This document shows, one piece after another, positions 56,159 through 64,000 of a stretch of 64,000 nt of DNA. The notes beneath the pieces were generated by a model. That model saw only the letters and a program-made list of their open reading frames with translations. It did not search any database and was not told the origin of the DNA. Within the stretch, counting starts at the first letter, position 1; the number at the start of each line of letters is the position of its first letter. Position numbers and translations under genes: made by a program. This stretch comes from a virus: IMG/VR virus record IMGVR_UViG_3300012001_000009, positions 7,989-71,988 of that record. One strand, written 5' to 3'.

Positions 56159-56638
56159 TTAGAAATACGAAATGCCAGAATGCAGAAAAACGAATAGCTG
56201 TTCGGGATCGTCAGTCGCTAACAGATCGTACATATAGGCGATGTTAGCCCAGTCCGATCGAGTGCATTCGTCCAGCCATACTGTTTTGAACTTGTTATTC
56301 TTGAACGCTTCGATATCGCGTATGGTAGCTATTTTCGTCCTAGTCGTAACCTCCGGGTAAAGAAGCCCAGCGTTTTCTCTATCTTCGCCCTTGTGATAAA
56401 CAATCAAATCCTCGTTACTAGCATGGACTTTAATGAACGTAGTTTTGCCTACTTGTCGTGGCAAACCCAAGTTCAACGTTTTGAATTCCTTAGCAACGCC
56501 CGCTAGATTAAGGTTTAGCAAATGCGGTTTAAGCTTTTCCATTCTTAAAACGTTCTCTTTCCTGAACGCTTCTATCATGTAAATCGCAGCCCTAGTCCAC
56601 CAGCTGAATTTGTTTAGTTCTTCCATACATTCGCTCAC
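56159..56638 (-). CDS. Small P-loop NTPase-like protein
   Basis: Walker A-like PRQVGKTT and Walker B-like VWLDE. Confidence 0.6.
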   Translation of the reverse strand: MSECMEELNKFSWWTRAAIYMIEAFRKENVLRMEKLKPHLLNLNLAGVAKEFKTLNLGLPRQVGKTTFIKVHASNEDLIVYHKGEDRENAGLLYPEVTTRTKIATIRDIEAFKNNKFKTVWLDECTRSDWANIAYMYDLLATDDPEQLFVFLHSGISYF

Positions 56639-56814
56639 AATTTTATCCTCTCTTTCTTTAACGTTTCCTCAATGATGGCCAATTCCTCATGCCACACTTT
56701 GGGCACCTTTTTATCAGCCGCCTCGTACAGCCGAATAGCATTTGCAATGGATTTGCGACGTAGTGACACCCATTGCCTAGTTGTCAATAAGATCGAGGTT
56801 TGTCTACGTGGCAT
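56635..56814 (-). CDS. Hypothetical protein
   Basis: Coupled ORF starting MPRRQTS. Confidence 0.5.
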   Translation of the reverse strand: MPRRQTSILLTTRQWVSLRRKSIANAIRLYEAADKKVPKVWHEELAIIEETLKKERIKL

Positions 56815-57269
56815 TATGCCTCCGTCATGCTGAGTTTGCGCCGCACGTGCTCGCGAAACCAAATCAAAAAGTCTTCCCACGAAATTTCACACCGCATACC
56901 CATATAGCCTGGATCGTCGCGCTGTCCCGTACACACTTCAACGTAACCCATGAGGATGCATCGCCATGCTTTGTGTGATTGTCTGAACAGGAGAACAGGT
57001 ACCTCACATTCTCTTTGCGCTGAGGCGATGCACTGAGCCCACCAGCTTCCGATGCTTAAAGCTTCCTGCCGCTTAATTTCAATCGACAAACCAAACACGC
57101 CGACCAAATCAGCACCCCCGCTAGCGCTCTGGTTTTGGTTCCTCTGGGCTATATCGAAACGCTTGGGATCTAAGCCTGCTTTCTCTGACTCTTGCCAAAT
57201 AATCAGATTCAAAGCTTTGGCAACCTCGCGCTCCGCACCCGCCCCCTTGGTCCTGATGTTAATGCCCAT
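56814..57269 (-). CDS. Holliday junction resolvase-like PD-(D/E)XK nuclease
   Basis: RTKGAGAEREVA, GADL and SIEIKRQE. Confidence 0.8.
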   Translation of the reverse strand: MGINIRTKGAGAEREVAKALNLIIWQESEKAGLDPKRFDIAQRNQNQSASGGADLVGVFGLSIEIKRQEALSIGSWWAQCIASAQRECEVPVLLFRQSHKAWRCILMGYVEVCTGQRDDPGYMGMRCEISWEDFLIWFREHVRRKLSMTEA

Positions 57270-57272
57270 ATG

Positions 57273-57560
57273 CTATCGGCTCCCCTTGCCGATCAGCTTT
57301 GATCTGTTTTTTGGGTTAGGCTTGAATGCGGGATCGGTAGCCACATCTTTGCCTCTGCCCGCGCTAGTTGCCTTCGCGCCCGTCTTGCTATCGTTGAACG
57401 ACTTGACGCGACCTTTGGCGCGGGTCCCATGCAACGGCTTTACCCAGCTACTGCGAAATGCTCCCCCTGCAGGAGTCGGCCCTTTCTTGCCATCCAGATG
57501 CATCAATGTGAATTCTCTGGCAATGATCTTTCTTTTTTCCGACTTGCTTTGACGAGTCAT
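57273..57560 (-). CDS. Basic hypothetical protein
   Basis: RBS ggag; Lys/Arg-rich. Confidence 0.6.
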   Translation of the reverse strand: MTRQSKSEKRKIIAREFTLMHLDGKKGPTPAGGAFRSSWVKPLHGTRAKGRVKSFNDSKTGAKATSAGRGKDVATDPAFKPNPKNRSKLIGKGSR

Positions 57561-57889
57561 GACAATCTCTCCATTCGATCTAGGGTTATCGAGCCGATGC
57601 TCAGGCGCAATAATACTTCGATTCAACAGAATGTCAACGCTTTGATTTACATTCGTCTATTGGTTATTTCTATGACATGACAATTCTATCGATTGGCGCC
57701 TTTAAACGCGTTTTGAGCGCTTTTACCCTCGTCAAGGTACCCTCGCAAGGGTCGCATCCATTGCGCAGCGTCTAGCTACCGCCAAACCGCCTCAGCGCCG
57801 ATTCTGACTACCCGCGCACCTTGACGATTCAAGCGACTGTCAACGCAGCGATGCGCCCGCTATGCATCGATGCGTAAATGTTGTCAGAC

Positions 57890-58280
57890 TATAAATTAGT
57901 GGAAATACGTCTCGTTAGTGGATCGTTTTTCCAAAATCCACTAATTTGGATTTTTAGGTTTGGTTCCCTATCTACATAGGAGAGAGAAGTATCTCTTATA
58001 TATAAATATATAAGTATATTTATTATTATTAGTTACTTTAGTTGATTAGTTTGTGGACTCCGGACTTTTCTCTTACGTGAAGCGAAATATTAGCTTTTTG
58101 CGGCCGGTCTGAAGCCCCCATCCACTAATCCACTAATTCCACTAAAACTGCGGTGTTTTCTTCTAAATTTAGTTTTTGAAAATTCCGAATTACCAGCAGA
58201 GCCACCACTAAATCCAAATTAGTGGAAACGGTCTTTTTAGCTCGCTAACGAGGATGCCTAAACCTAAAAACTCCACTACG
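57890..58280. repeat. Iteron-like TCCACTAA repeats around an AT-rich core (origin candidate)
   Basis: Seven exact copies on both strands plus a 17-bp inverted repeat (57937-57953 / 58210-58226). Confidence 0.7.
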
Positions 58281-58366
58281 AATCTTTAGGTTATTTTAAA
58301 AATTACTAATTATATATAGCTGCTTTCAAATAACTTACATTTAAAGTAGTTGGCAAAATAAACAAA

Positions 58367-58395
58367 TTGACACAGTTAGTCAAAATACGTATATT
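58367..58395 (+). promoter_or_regulatory. Sigma70-like promoter
   Basis: TTGACA-17bp-TATATT, upstream of RBS ggagg. Confidence 0.65.
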
Positions 58396-58415
58396 TTTGT
58401 ATTTTGGAGGTAACA

Positions 58416-58901
58416 ATGGATAAGACAAATTATAGTTTTGTAGAAGTTATGGGAGAAGTGCTAAAGTTAGCAAGGGCTATTCAGGTACGCAATATTTCAT
58501 ATGAGGATGTTATATCTATGATCGAAAACAACCCAGATTTTTCGATTGTTGGCGAGGTAAAAAATGATAGCGCCCGTGCAGTCGATTTAATGCGCACAGA
58601 ACGCATAAAAGCCACTGAAGCAGCAAAACGTATAGGTATCACCGCCGCAGCTATTTATGCCTGCAAAGAATATGCCCAAATGAAACTAGAAAAAAAACAG
58701 GCAATCGAAGAATATATAAACCGGCGCGCACTAGGGTTGGAACCTGATAACACTGGTCTTTCGGACCAGCAAATCGAATCACAATATACAATGACGTTAA
58801 AAGCTAATGGCGCCACGCTGGCAGAATTTTTAGCAGAAGGTTGGACTGAACTTCAGCTGTTGCAATCGGGGTACATGGTTAAAGTTTTTAACTTCGATTA
58901 A
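58416..58901 (+). CDS. HTH protein with C-terminal ANG...GWT module
   Basis: HTH-like ATEAAKRIGITAAAIY; tail MTLKANGATLAEFLAEGWTELQLLQSGYM. Confidence 0.7.
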   Translation: MDKTNYSFVEVMGEVLKLARAIQVRNISYEDVISMIENNPDFSIVGEVKNDSARAVDLMRTERIKATEAAKRIGITAAAIYACKEYAQMKLEKKQAIEEYINRRALGLEPDNTGLSDQQIESQYTMTLKANGATLAEFLAEGWTELQLLQSGYMVKVFNFD

Positions 58902-59004
58902 GCTTACCAAATTGGCGTAAAAACACCCTTTTGCATTACCCTGTGCCTTCTATAGAATGCAGATTGCAGTACATTAACCCCATTCACTATCAAGGAGATT
59001 TAAA

Positions 59005-59622
59005 ATGTCCGAAACAAAAATCAAGGTCACGTTCGAGGAAGCCAAGGCATACTGTTTGTCCAGGGAAGCTGAGGACGAAGCAAAGGGTGGTCATGCTGAA
59101 TATATGGTCATCTATGCTCCTGACGGCACCCAGCATTTTCGGTCCAATGCTGCTGGCGCAACTGCTCCAATGGTGCTTGACGACATCCTCGAGCCAGGCG
59201 ATACGCTTGTCCACAATCACCCGAAGCCTTGCTACAGCTTGACGGAGGAAGACTGTTTCCTGGCAAATGCAGCAGGCTGCATCGTGACCGCTGTTTGCAG
59301 TGATGGGGGTATCTACTCCGTCGATTTTACCAAGAAGCGCTATCCCGAACCGATAATTAAAAGGGCGTATCCTATTGCTGGCTTGCAATGCTGCGCAGCG
59401 CTAGAACATGCAGCAAGGGCAGGCCTACCTGAAGCCGACGTTGACCAATTGCATGAATTTCTGATATTGGAGCATCTTTGCTCCGCCGGGTTCGCTGAGT
59501 TCAAATACACTTTGGGCGCCAATATGAACGCTGCGCTTATGCGTATGGATGCACTGTGCGGCGGTGTGATACGTCAAACCCTTACCGACAATGCTCCAAA
59601 AGATAAATTTTCCCAGGGTTGA
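59005..59622 (+). CDS. JAB/MPN-motif metalloprotein
   Basis: RBS aaggag; upstream Glu (AEYMV) and HNH-x7-T-x2-D. Confidence 0.6.
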   Translation: MSETKIKVTFEEAKAYCLSREAEDEAKGGHAEYMVIYAPDGTQHFRSNAAGATAPMVLDDILEPGDTLVHNHPKPCYSLTEEDCFLANAAGCIVTAVCSDGGIYSVDFTKKRYPEPIIKRAYPIAGLQCCAALEHAARAGLPEADVDQLHEFLILEHLCSAGFAEFKYTLGANMNAALMRMDALCGGVIRQTLTDNAPKDKFSQG

Positions 59623-59665
59623 TCTGGTATTTTCGCTTCTTTTCAATAAATGCCGTATTCAGCGC

Positions 59666-59695
59666 TTGACAAGCGTTTGAATATGGCATTATTCT
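59666..59695 (+). promoter_or_regulatory. Sigma70-like early promoter
   Basis: TTGACA-18bp-TATTCT. Confidence 0.65.
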
Positions 59696-59733
59696 ATAGT
59701 CTCAGTATAAGACAAGTTGATAAGGAGAACATC

Positions 59734-59913
59734 ATGAACACGATTGAAAAGAACATTAAAGCTGCGCAGGAGCATGGCGAATCCGCCATGTTGATTATCG
59801 GACGCAACGAACAGCCAGATTGGCATGCCGTGCAGTCCGCTATTGCTCAAATGACCCAGGCTACCGCTGCTTTGAATCGCGCACTTGGTGCCATCGAACA
59901 AAAATCCGAGTAA
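59734..59913 (+). CDS. Small hypothetical protein
   Basis: RBS aaggag; starts MNTIEKN. Confidence 0.65.
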   Translation: MNTIEKNIKAAQEHGESAMLIIGRNEQPDWHAVQSAIAQMTQATAALNRALGAIEQKSE

Positions 59914-59916
59914 GCC

Positions 59917-60126
59917 ATGACTACTTCACGCCAAATACTCATTGAAAAGACAGTACCGGGCTCCCGCGTCGGCGCCATAATGTCCTACGTCTTTGAAGTC
60001 GTAGGCGATCTTGACCAGCCCGGTGCCTTGAAAATAATATCCATTAACAATCGCCGCCATGTCTCGCTGCAAATGGTGCCAGACACTATTTATCGTCAAG
60101 CTATCGAGAAGGCGAAGGCGTCATGA
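59917..60126 (+). CDS. Small hypothetical protein
   Basis: 69-aa ORF directly after the upstream stop. Confidence 0.6.
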   Translation: MTTSRQILIEKTVPGSRVGAIMSYVFEVVGDLDQPGALKIISINNRRHVSLQMVPDTIYRQAIEKAKAS

Positions 60127-60159
60127 CAGATAGTGAAAACGAACATTTAGGAGAACATC

Positions 60160-60330
60160 ATGCCAATCCTTCCTATTTGGACCAGCGCCAAGTCAATCGG
60201 ATTTGACGCAAGATACACGTTCAACGATCCGAAATCCTCGTGCCCATTTGAGCAGCAAGATTGGCGAAAATATTGGTTGGCGGGTTGGCTCGAGGCTGAC
60301 GCTATACTGCTTGTAAGATCGAAGAAATAA
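60160..60330 (+). CDS. RMF/CrpP-fold-like small protein (not in ORF track)
   Basis: RBS aggag; GFDA...SCPFEQQDWRKYWLAGWLEA. Confidence 0.65.
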   Translation: MPILPIWTSAKSIGFDARYTFNDPKSSCPFEQQDWRKYWLAGWLEADAILLVRSKK

Positions 60331-60346
60331 CCCAAGGAGAACTAAA

Positions 60347-60436
60347 ATGTTTATCGCCGCCGCCATTACCGCCTACAGCGTGTTTGTCTTTGTCGCCTGG
60401 AAGATCGTCCGTATTAACAAAGGCGAGGAACAATGA
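60347..60436 (+). CDS. 29-aa single-TM peptide (not in ORF track)
   Basis: RBS aaggag; MFIAAAITAYSVFVFVAWKIVRINKGEEQ; ATGA overlap with the next gene. Confidence 0.6.
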   Translation: MFIAAAITAYSVFVFVAWKIVRINKGEEQ

Positions 60437-60660
60437 GCCACCCGGCTTACGCGTTCAATCTGTCCTCATGGGATTTTCACATGTGGGACTTGTACACGGC
60501 GCACGTTAATTCCACTGCGGAGTTTGTCGAAGCTTGGGCGAACTTCCAGGGGATTTACGACGATGCAGATATGGCAAAAAGTGTAATCGATGAAAAGGGA
60601 ATTGACGCGTGTTATATTGAAGATTCATGCACTAAAACTATTTACGCATTTTCAAAATAA
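60433..60660 (+). CDS. Small acidic hypothetical protein
   Basis: 75-aa coupled ORF. Confidence 0.6.
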   Translation: MSHPAYAFNLSSWDFHMWDLYTAHVNSTAEFVEAWANFQGIYDDADMAKSVIDEKGIDACYIEDSCTKTIYAFSK

Positions 60661-60675
60661 ACACCACATTACCGC

Positions 60676-60705
60676 TTGACACTGAAAAGAATTTGGTGTT
60701 ATCGT
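60676..60705 (+). promoter_or_regulatory. Sigma70-like early promoter
   Basis: TTGACA-18bp-TATCGT with an extended TG. Confidence 0.7.
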
Positions 60706-60751
60706 TATGTCTCAATGCAATTACGTATTGACAACACCCAAGGAGCTCCAA

Positions 60752-61474
60752 ATGGAAGACAAGATTTTAGCCCGGGTCCGCAAGATGATGGCGCTGGCCA
60801 CCGATCCCGCTGCAACTGAGCAAGAACGCGATACTGCGCTACAAATGTCTTACCGCTTGCTTGCCAAACACAATCTCGCCATGATCGATGTTGAAAATCT
60901 TGGCAAAGAAGCGCAGGAAGCGCGTGAGCGCGTTACTTCGATTTTCGAGGGTATGATTTGGTCCCGTCATGTCGCCAACATCATTTCCGAAATGTTTTTC
61001 TGCAAGTATTACTCAGGCGGCACAGCGAACAGCTGGAAACGGCATCACTATTTTGTCGGAAAGCAATCGAACGCCACCAGCGCAATGATGATGTCTGAAT
61101 ACATCGTTAAATCGATCATCAAAGAATGCCGCAAGCTGTACAAAGACGACTCATGCCCACAATCGCGTAGCTTCGCACTGGGCGCTGTTGATCGTCTCCG
61201 CGTCCGTGTTCGGGAAATCATTGCTTCGCAAAAGCAAGAACACCAAGCAACACCAGGAACGTCGCTTGTCCTTGCTAACTTTTACGACAGCGAAAAACTC
61301 GCTAACATGAAGTTCCTGGAAGGACTCGGCGTGGCGCTGTCAAAAGGCAGAGCAGGCAAAGGGACGGGCGACAATGCAGCGTATCGCAGCGGTCAGGCTT
61401 ACGGTAACAATATCGGGCTGAGCCCGCAAATCAAAGGCAGCGGGACTAACTACCCACGCCTCTCTAATCCATAG
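60752..61474 (+). CDS. DUF2786-domain protein
   Basis: KILARVRKMMALA...EQERDTAL...LLAKHNL and C-terminal AY..GQAYG. Confidence 0.8.
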   Translation: MEDKILARVRKMMALATDPAATEQERDTALQMSYRLLAKHNLAMIDVENLGKEAQEARERVTSIFEGMIWSRHVANIISEMFFCKYYSGGTANSWKRHHYFVGKQSNATSAMMMSEYIVKSIIKECRKLYKDDSCPQSRSFALGAVDRLRVRVREIIASQKQEHQATPGTSLVLANFYDSEKLANMKFLEGLGVALSKGRAGKGTGDNAAYRSGQAYGNNIGLSPQIKGSGTNYPRLSNP

Positions 61475-61506
61475 GCGTTTTTTGTTGGCTTTGTAATCGA
61501 TTCCAC

Positions 61507-61536
61507 TTGACTCCCAATTCCATATGGTGTTACCGT
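61507..61536 (+). promoter_or_regulatory. Sigma70-like early promoter
   Basis: TTGACT-18bp-TACCGT with an extended TG. Confidence 0.6.
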
Positions 61537-61581
61537 ATGTTCTCGGGTGCGATTACGCGCCCATTACAAAGGAGCAACAAA

Positions 61582-63045
61582 ATGTCAAACGTCAAATCCT
61601 GGTCCCCATACCAGTCAACGATTTTCGACTTCGCCGAAAACGGAACTGGAAACGCTGTTGTCAACGCAGTAGCGGGATCTGGTAAGTCCACCACGATTGT
61701 CGAAGCAATGAACCGGGTCAGCGGATCCGCGATCTTTCTTGCTTTCAACAAGTCGATTGCCGAAGAACTGAAAAAGCGCAACGTCAACGCAAAGACGTTC
61801 CACAGTCTTTGCTACAGCCCCGTAATGCGCTACAAAGCCACAAACAACGTCGAAATGAACAAACTCCGTACGTTGACCAAGCGCAACATGACGAAAGATG
61901 ACGATTTTGTGTATGGCAATTTTTGCGCACGCCTCGTCAGCCTTGCTCGCCAAAACGGCGTCGGCTGTATCGTCGCTAATACTGAGAACGTCTGGAATGA
62001 AATTATTGCCCATCATGACCTCGAACTTGATAACGACAATGCGAGCGAGTCCCGCGCCGTCGAACTGTCTCGGCAACTCCTCGAGTGGTCAAACGAGTCT
62101 ACAATGGTTGACTTCGATGATATGCTCTATTTCAGTGTGAAATTCGGTATCAGTCTTCCGAAGTTTGATTTTATTTTTGTCGACGAAGCCCAAGACACAA
62201 ACGCGATTCAACGCGCCATCCTCCGCAAGATTATGCATCCACATACGCGCATCATCGCTGTCGGCGATCCTGCACAAGCGATTTATGGTTTCCGCGGCGC
62301 CGATTCTGACTCGCTGGGATTGATAGCTTACGAGTTCAACTGCATCCAGTTACCGCTGACTGTATCCTACCGCTGCGCCACTTCTATCGTCGCGATGGCA
62401 CATCACTACGTCGAACACATCGAAGCCGCCCCTGGCGCCCCTGAGGGTCAAGTAGTCGATATGAAAAACAAGTGGAATTTGAAAGTCTTCAATCCGGAGG
62501 ACCTCGTTGTTTGTCGCACCACACGGCCTCTTGTTGAACTTGCATACCGTTGCTTGAAAGCACGGGTCCCTGTTCGCATCATGGGCAAAGAAATTGGTCA
62601 AGGTTTAAAGTCGCTAATTGGCAAAATGAAAGCGTCAGACCTCGATGAACTGACACTGAAGATTGAGGATTGGGCTTGCCGCGAGGTTGATAAGGCGATT
62701 GCCAAACAGCTTGACGGCAAAGCAGCCGCGATCCAGGACAAGTGCGATGCTATCTTGTGCCTCGTCAACAGCATGGATGAAAAATCCCGCACCATAGCTG
62801 ACTTGTACAAGGTCATTGATTCGTTGTTCAACAATGTTACACAATGCCTCACGCTTGCAACGATCCACAAAGCAAAGGGCCTCGAAGCTGATACAGTGTT
62901 CTGGCTTAATGCAAGTCAGTGCCCGTCCAAATGGGCCAAGCAAGCTTGGCAGAAACAACAAGAATTGAACTTGTGCTATGTTGCAGTAACACGCGCAAAA
63001 ACTAAATTGGTTCTTATCGAAGATCGCGCACCGAAAGGAAAATGA
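61582..63045 (+). CDS. UvrD/Rep-like superfamily 1 helicase
   Basis: AVAGSGKST, VDEAQD, VGDPAQAIYGFRGA, TIHKAKGLE and YVAVTRA. Confidence 0.92.
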   Translation: MSNVKSWSPYQSTIFDFAENGTGNAVVNAVAGSGKSTTIVEAMNRVSGSAIFLAFNKSIAEELKKRNVNAKTFHSLCYSPVMRYKATNNVEMNKLRTLTKRNMTKDDDFVYGNFCARLVSLARQNGVGCIVANTENVWNEIIAHHDLELDNDNASESRAVELSRQLLEWSNESTMVDFDDMLYFSVKFGISLPKFDFIFVDEAQDTNAIQRAILRKIMHPHTRIIAVGDPAQAIYGFRGADSDSLGLIAYEFNCIQLPLTVSYRCATSIVAMAHHYVEHIEAAPGAPEGQVVDMKNKWNLKVFNPEDLVVCRTTRPLVELAYRCLKARVPVRIMGKEIGQGLKSLIGKMKASDLDELTLKIEDWACREVDKAIAKQLDGKAAAIQDKCDAILCLVNSMDEKSRTIADLYKVIDSLFNNVTQCLTLATIHKAKGLEADTVFWLNASQCPSKWAKQAWQKQQELNLCYVAVTRAKTKLVLIEDRAPKGK

Positions 63046-63404
63046 ACGCACTAGCAGGACGCTATTCCGAAGAACGTTATGCTTATCGATACGTCGATGG
63101 AATGGTGTCCGCTGGTGTCGATGAATGGGACAACCCTTTAGGGCCCGGGACCGTCGAAGTCTATCTATACAAATACCGGATACTGAGTGAAACACCGAAA
63201 GGGTTCTGGATTGAATATCCGAACTTCAAAGGCAAGCGCTTCGTTTTAAACGAGGCAAGAAAGAAGTACGCACACTTGACCATAGAAGCTGCCAAGATAT
63301 CTTTTAAAGCGCGTAAAGAGGCGCAAATCCGCATCTATGGAGATAGAATCAATCAGGCTAAGATAGCCATTAAGGTTATCGACGGTCGCAGATATGAAAT
63401 TTAA
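63042..63404 (+). CDS. Hypothetical protein
   Basis: ETPKGFWI; ATGA-coupled to the helicase gene. Confidence 0.7.
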   Translation: MNALAGRYSEERYAYRYVDGMVSAGVDEWDNPLGPGTVEVYLYKYRILSETPKGFWIEYPNFKGKRFVLNEARKKYAHLTIEAAKISFKARKEAQIRIYGDRINQAKIAIKVIDGRRYEI

Positions 63405-63416
63405 ATTGGATACGAT

Positions 63417-63581
63417 ATGACTAAAAGCGAAACCGAGGCATTGTCGTAAAGTTATTACATTGTCAGGGATATCGTTATAGCGCAAATTTTCACCATTCAG
63501 AATGCCAATATTAAAATCAAGAAACTTGAAGCTGAAATAAAATGCCTTAATGACAACGCAGTGAAACCGAAAGGAAATTGA
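63417..63581 (+). pseudogene. Short ORF interrupted by an in-frame TAA
   Basis: MTKSETEALS*SYYIVRD...KIKKLEAEIKCLND..., filling the intergenic gap. Confidence 0.35.
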
Positions 63582-63582
63582 A

Positions 63583-63840
63583 ATGATTAGCTACGACAAA
63601 ACAGTAACGCCCGGAACCGTAGTCAAGCTGCGGCATAGTATCATGAGCGGTGGCTATCGTCCCGCTGGCACCCCTGTAACAATCGTGGAGCAGTTTTCCG
63701 ACGATCTGTTCAGAACCAGGTTCGAGGATGGCAAAGTAGTGCTAATGGTGCGCCCTCAGTTGATTTTCCCGGATCAGGAGAAAGCTGATATAGTGAAAGC
63801 TGCTATCGACTTTTACGCAGAGGACCCTTTCACAAAATGA
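63583..63840 (+). CDS. Hypothetical protein
   Basis: RBS aagga; 85 aa. Confidence 0.65.
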   Translation: MISYDKTVTPGTVVKLRHSIMSGGYRPAGTPVTIVEQFSDDLFRTRFEDGKVVLMVRPQLIFPDQEKADIVKAAIDFYAEDPFTK

Positions 63841-64000
63841 CTACCACCACACAAACCTATGATCCAGCCGTGTACAAGCTGGTGTTAATTGGCGCAGAAT
63901 TTCAGACACCCGCCGACCCTCCGGGAGTGGTGACGCGCTCGGGCAAGCCTTACGGATTCGCCGTTGAAGCAAATGATGGGCATATCACTTTTTTCAAAGA
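63837..64000 (+). CDS. Hypothetical protein, 3' end outside the window
   Basis: ATGA-coupled; frame open to the window end (MTTTTQTYDPAVY...). Confidence 0.5.
   Translation, partial: MTTTTQTYDPAVYKLVLIGAEFQTPADPPGVVTRSGKPYGFAVEANDGHITFFK

Noticed and set aside
1-64000. Prophage, alternative genetic code or tRNA genes
   Set aside because: No integrase, att-flanked host genes or tRNA cloverleaf was recognised by eye, and genes are full length in the standard code. tRNAscan-SE would be needed to exclude tRNAs formally.
1-64000. Apparent abundance of GATC/ATCGAT sites as a sign of protection by modification
   Set aside because: This is an impression only; it needs observed/expected k-mer counts, which I cannot compute here.

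Overview
64 kb slice of a tailed dsDNA phage with a contractile tail (Bcep781-like structural gene order). No integrase, repressor, tRNA, rRNA or CRISPR array was recognised. The + strand from 1 to 16.9 kb carries replication and DNA-modification genes: DUF669 SSB, Cas4-like exonuclease, SF2 helicase, a 7-deazaguanine cluster (queE-queC-queD-folE-NDT-like-queF-dpdA), a beta-clamp homologue, a free-standing GIY-YIG endonuclease, a family B DNA polymerase and a SLOG protein. The - strand from 57.6 to 16.9 kb carries the late block: resolvase, late regulator, terminases, an unusual ~10 kb module of repeat-rich proteins between terminase and portal, head, tail, baseplate, fibres and an atypical lysis cassette (GH19 endolysin, collagen-like membrane protein, class 3 lipase, no recognisable spanin). 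An AT-rich non-coding region with iteron-like repeats (57.6-58.4 kb) separates this from + strand early genes (JAB-motif protein, RMF-like peptide, DUF2786, UvrD-like helicase). The best candidates for new biology are the deazaguanine cluster (embedded deoxyribosyltransferase-like gene, QueC without its zinc cysteines), the terminase-portal fibre module with internal docking motifs, one domain inserted in head, sheath and baseplate proteins, and the lipase/collagen lysis cassette. All family assignments come from motif recognition by eye, not from database searches.
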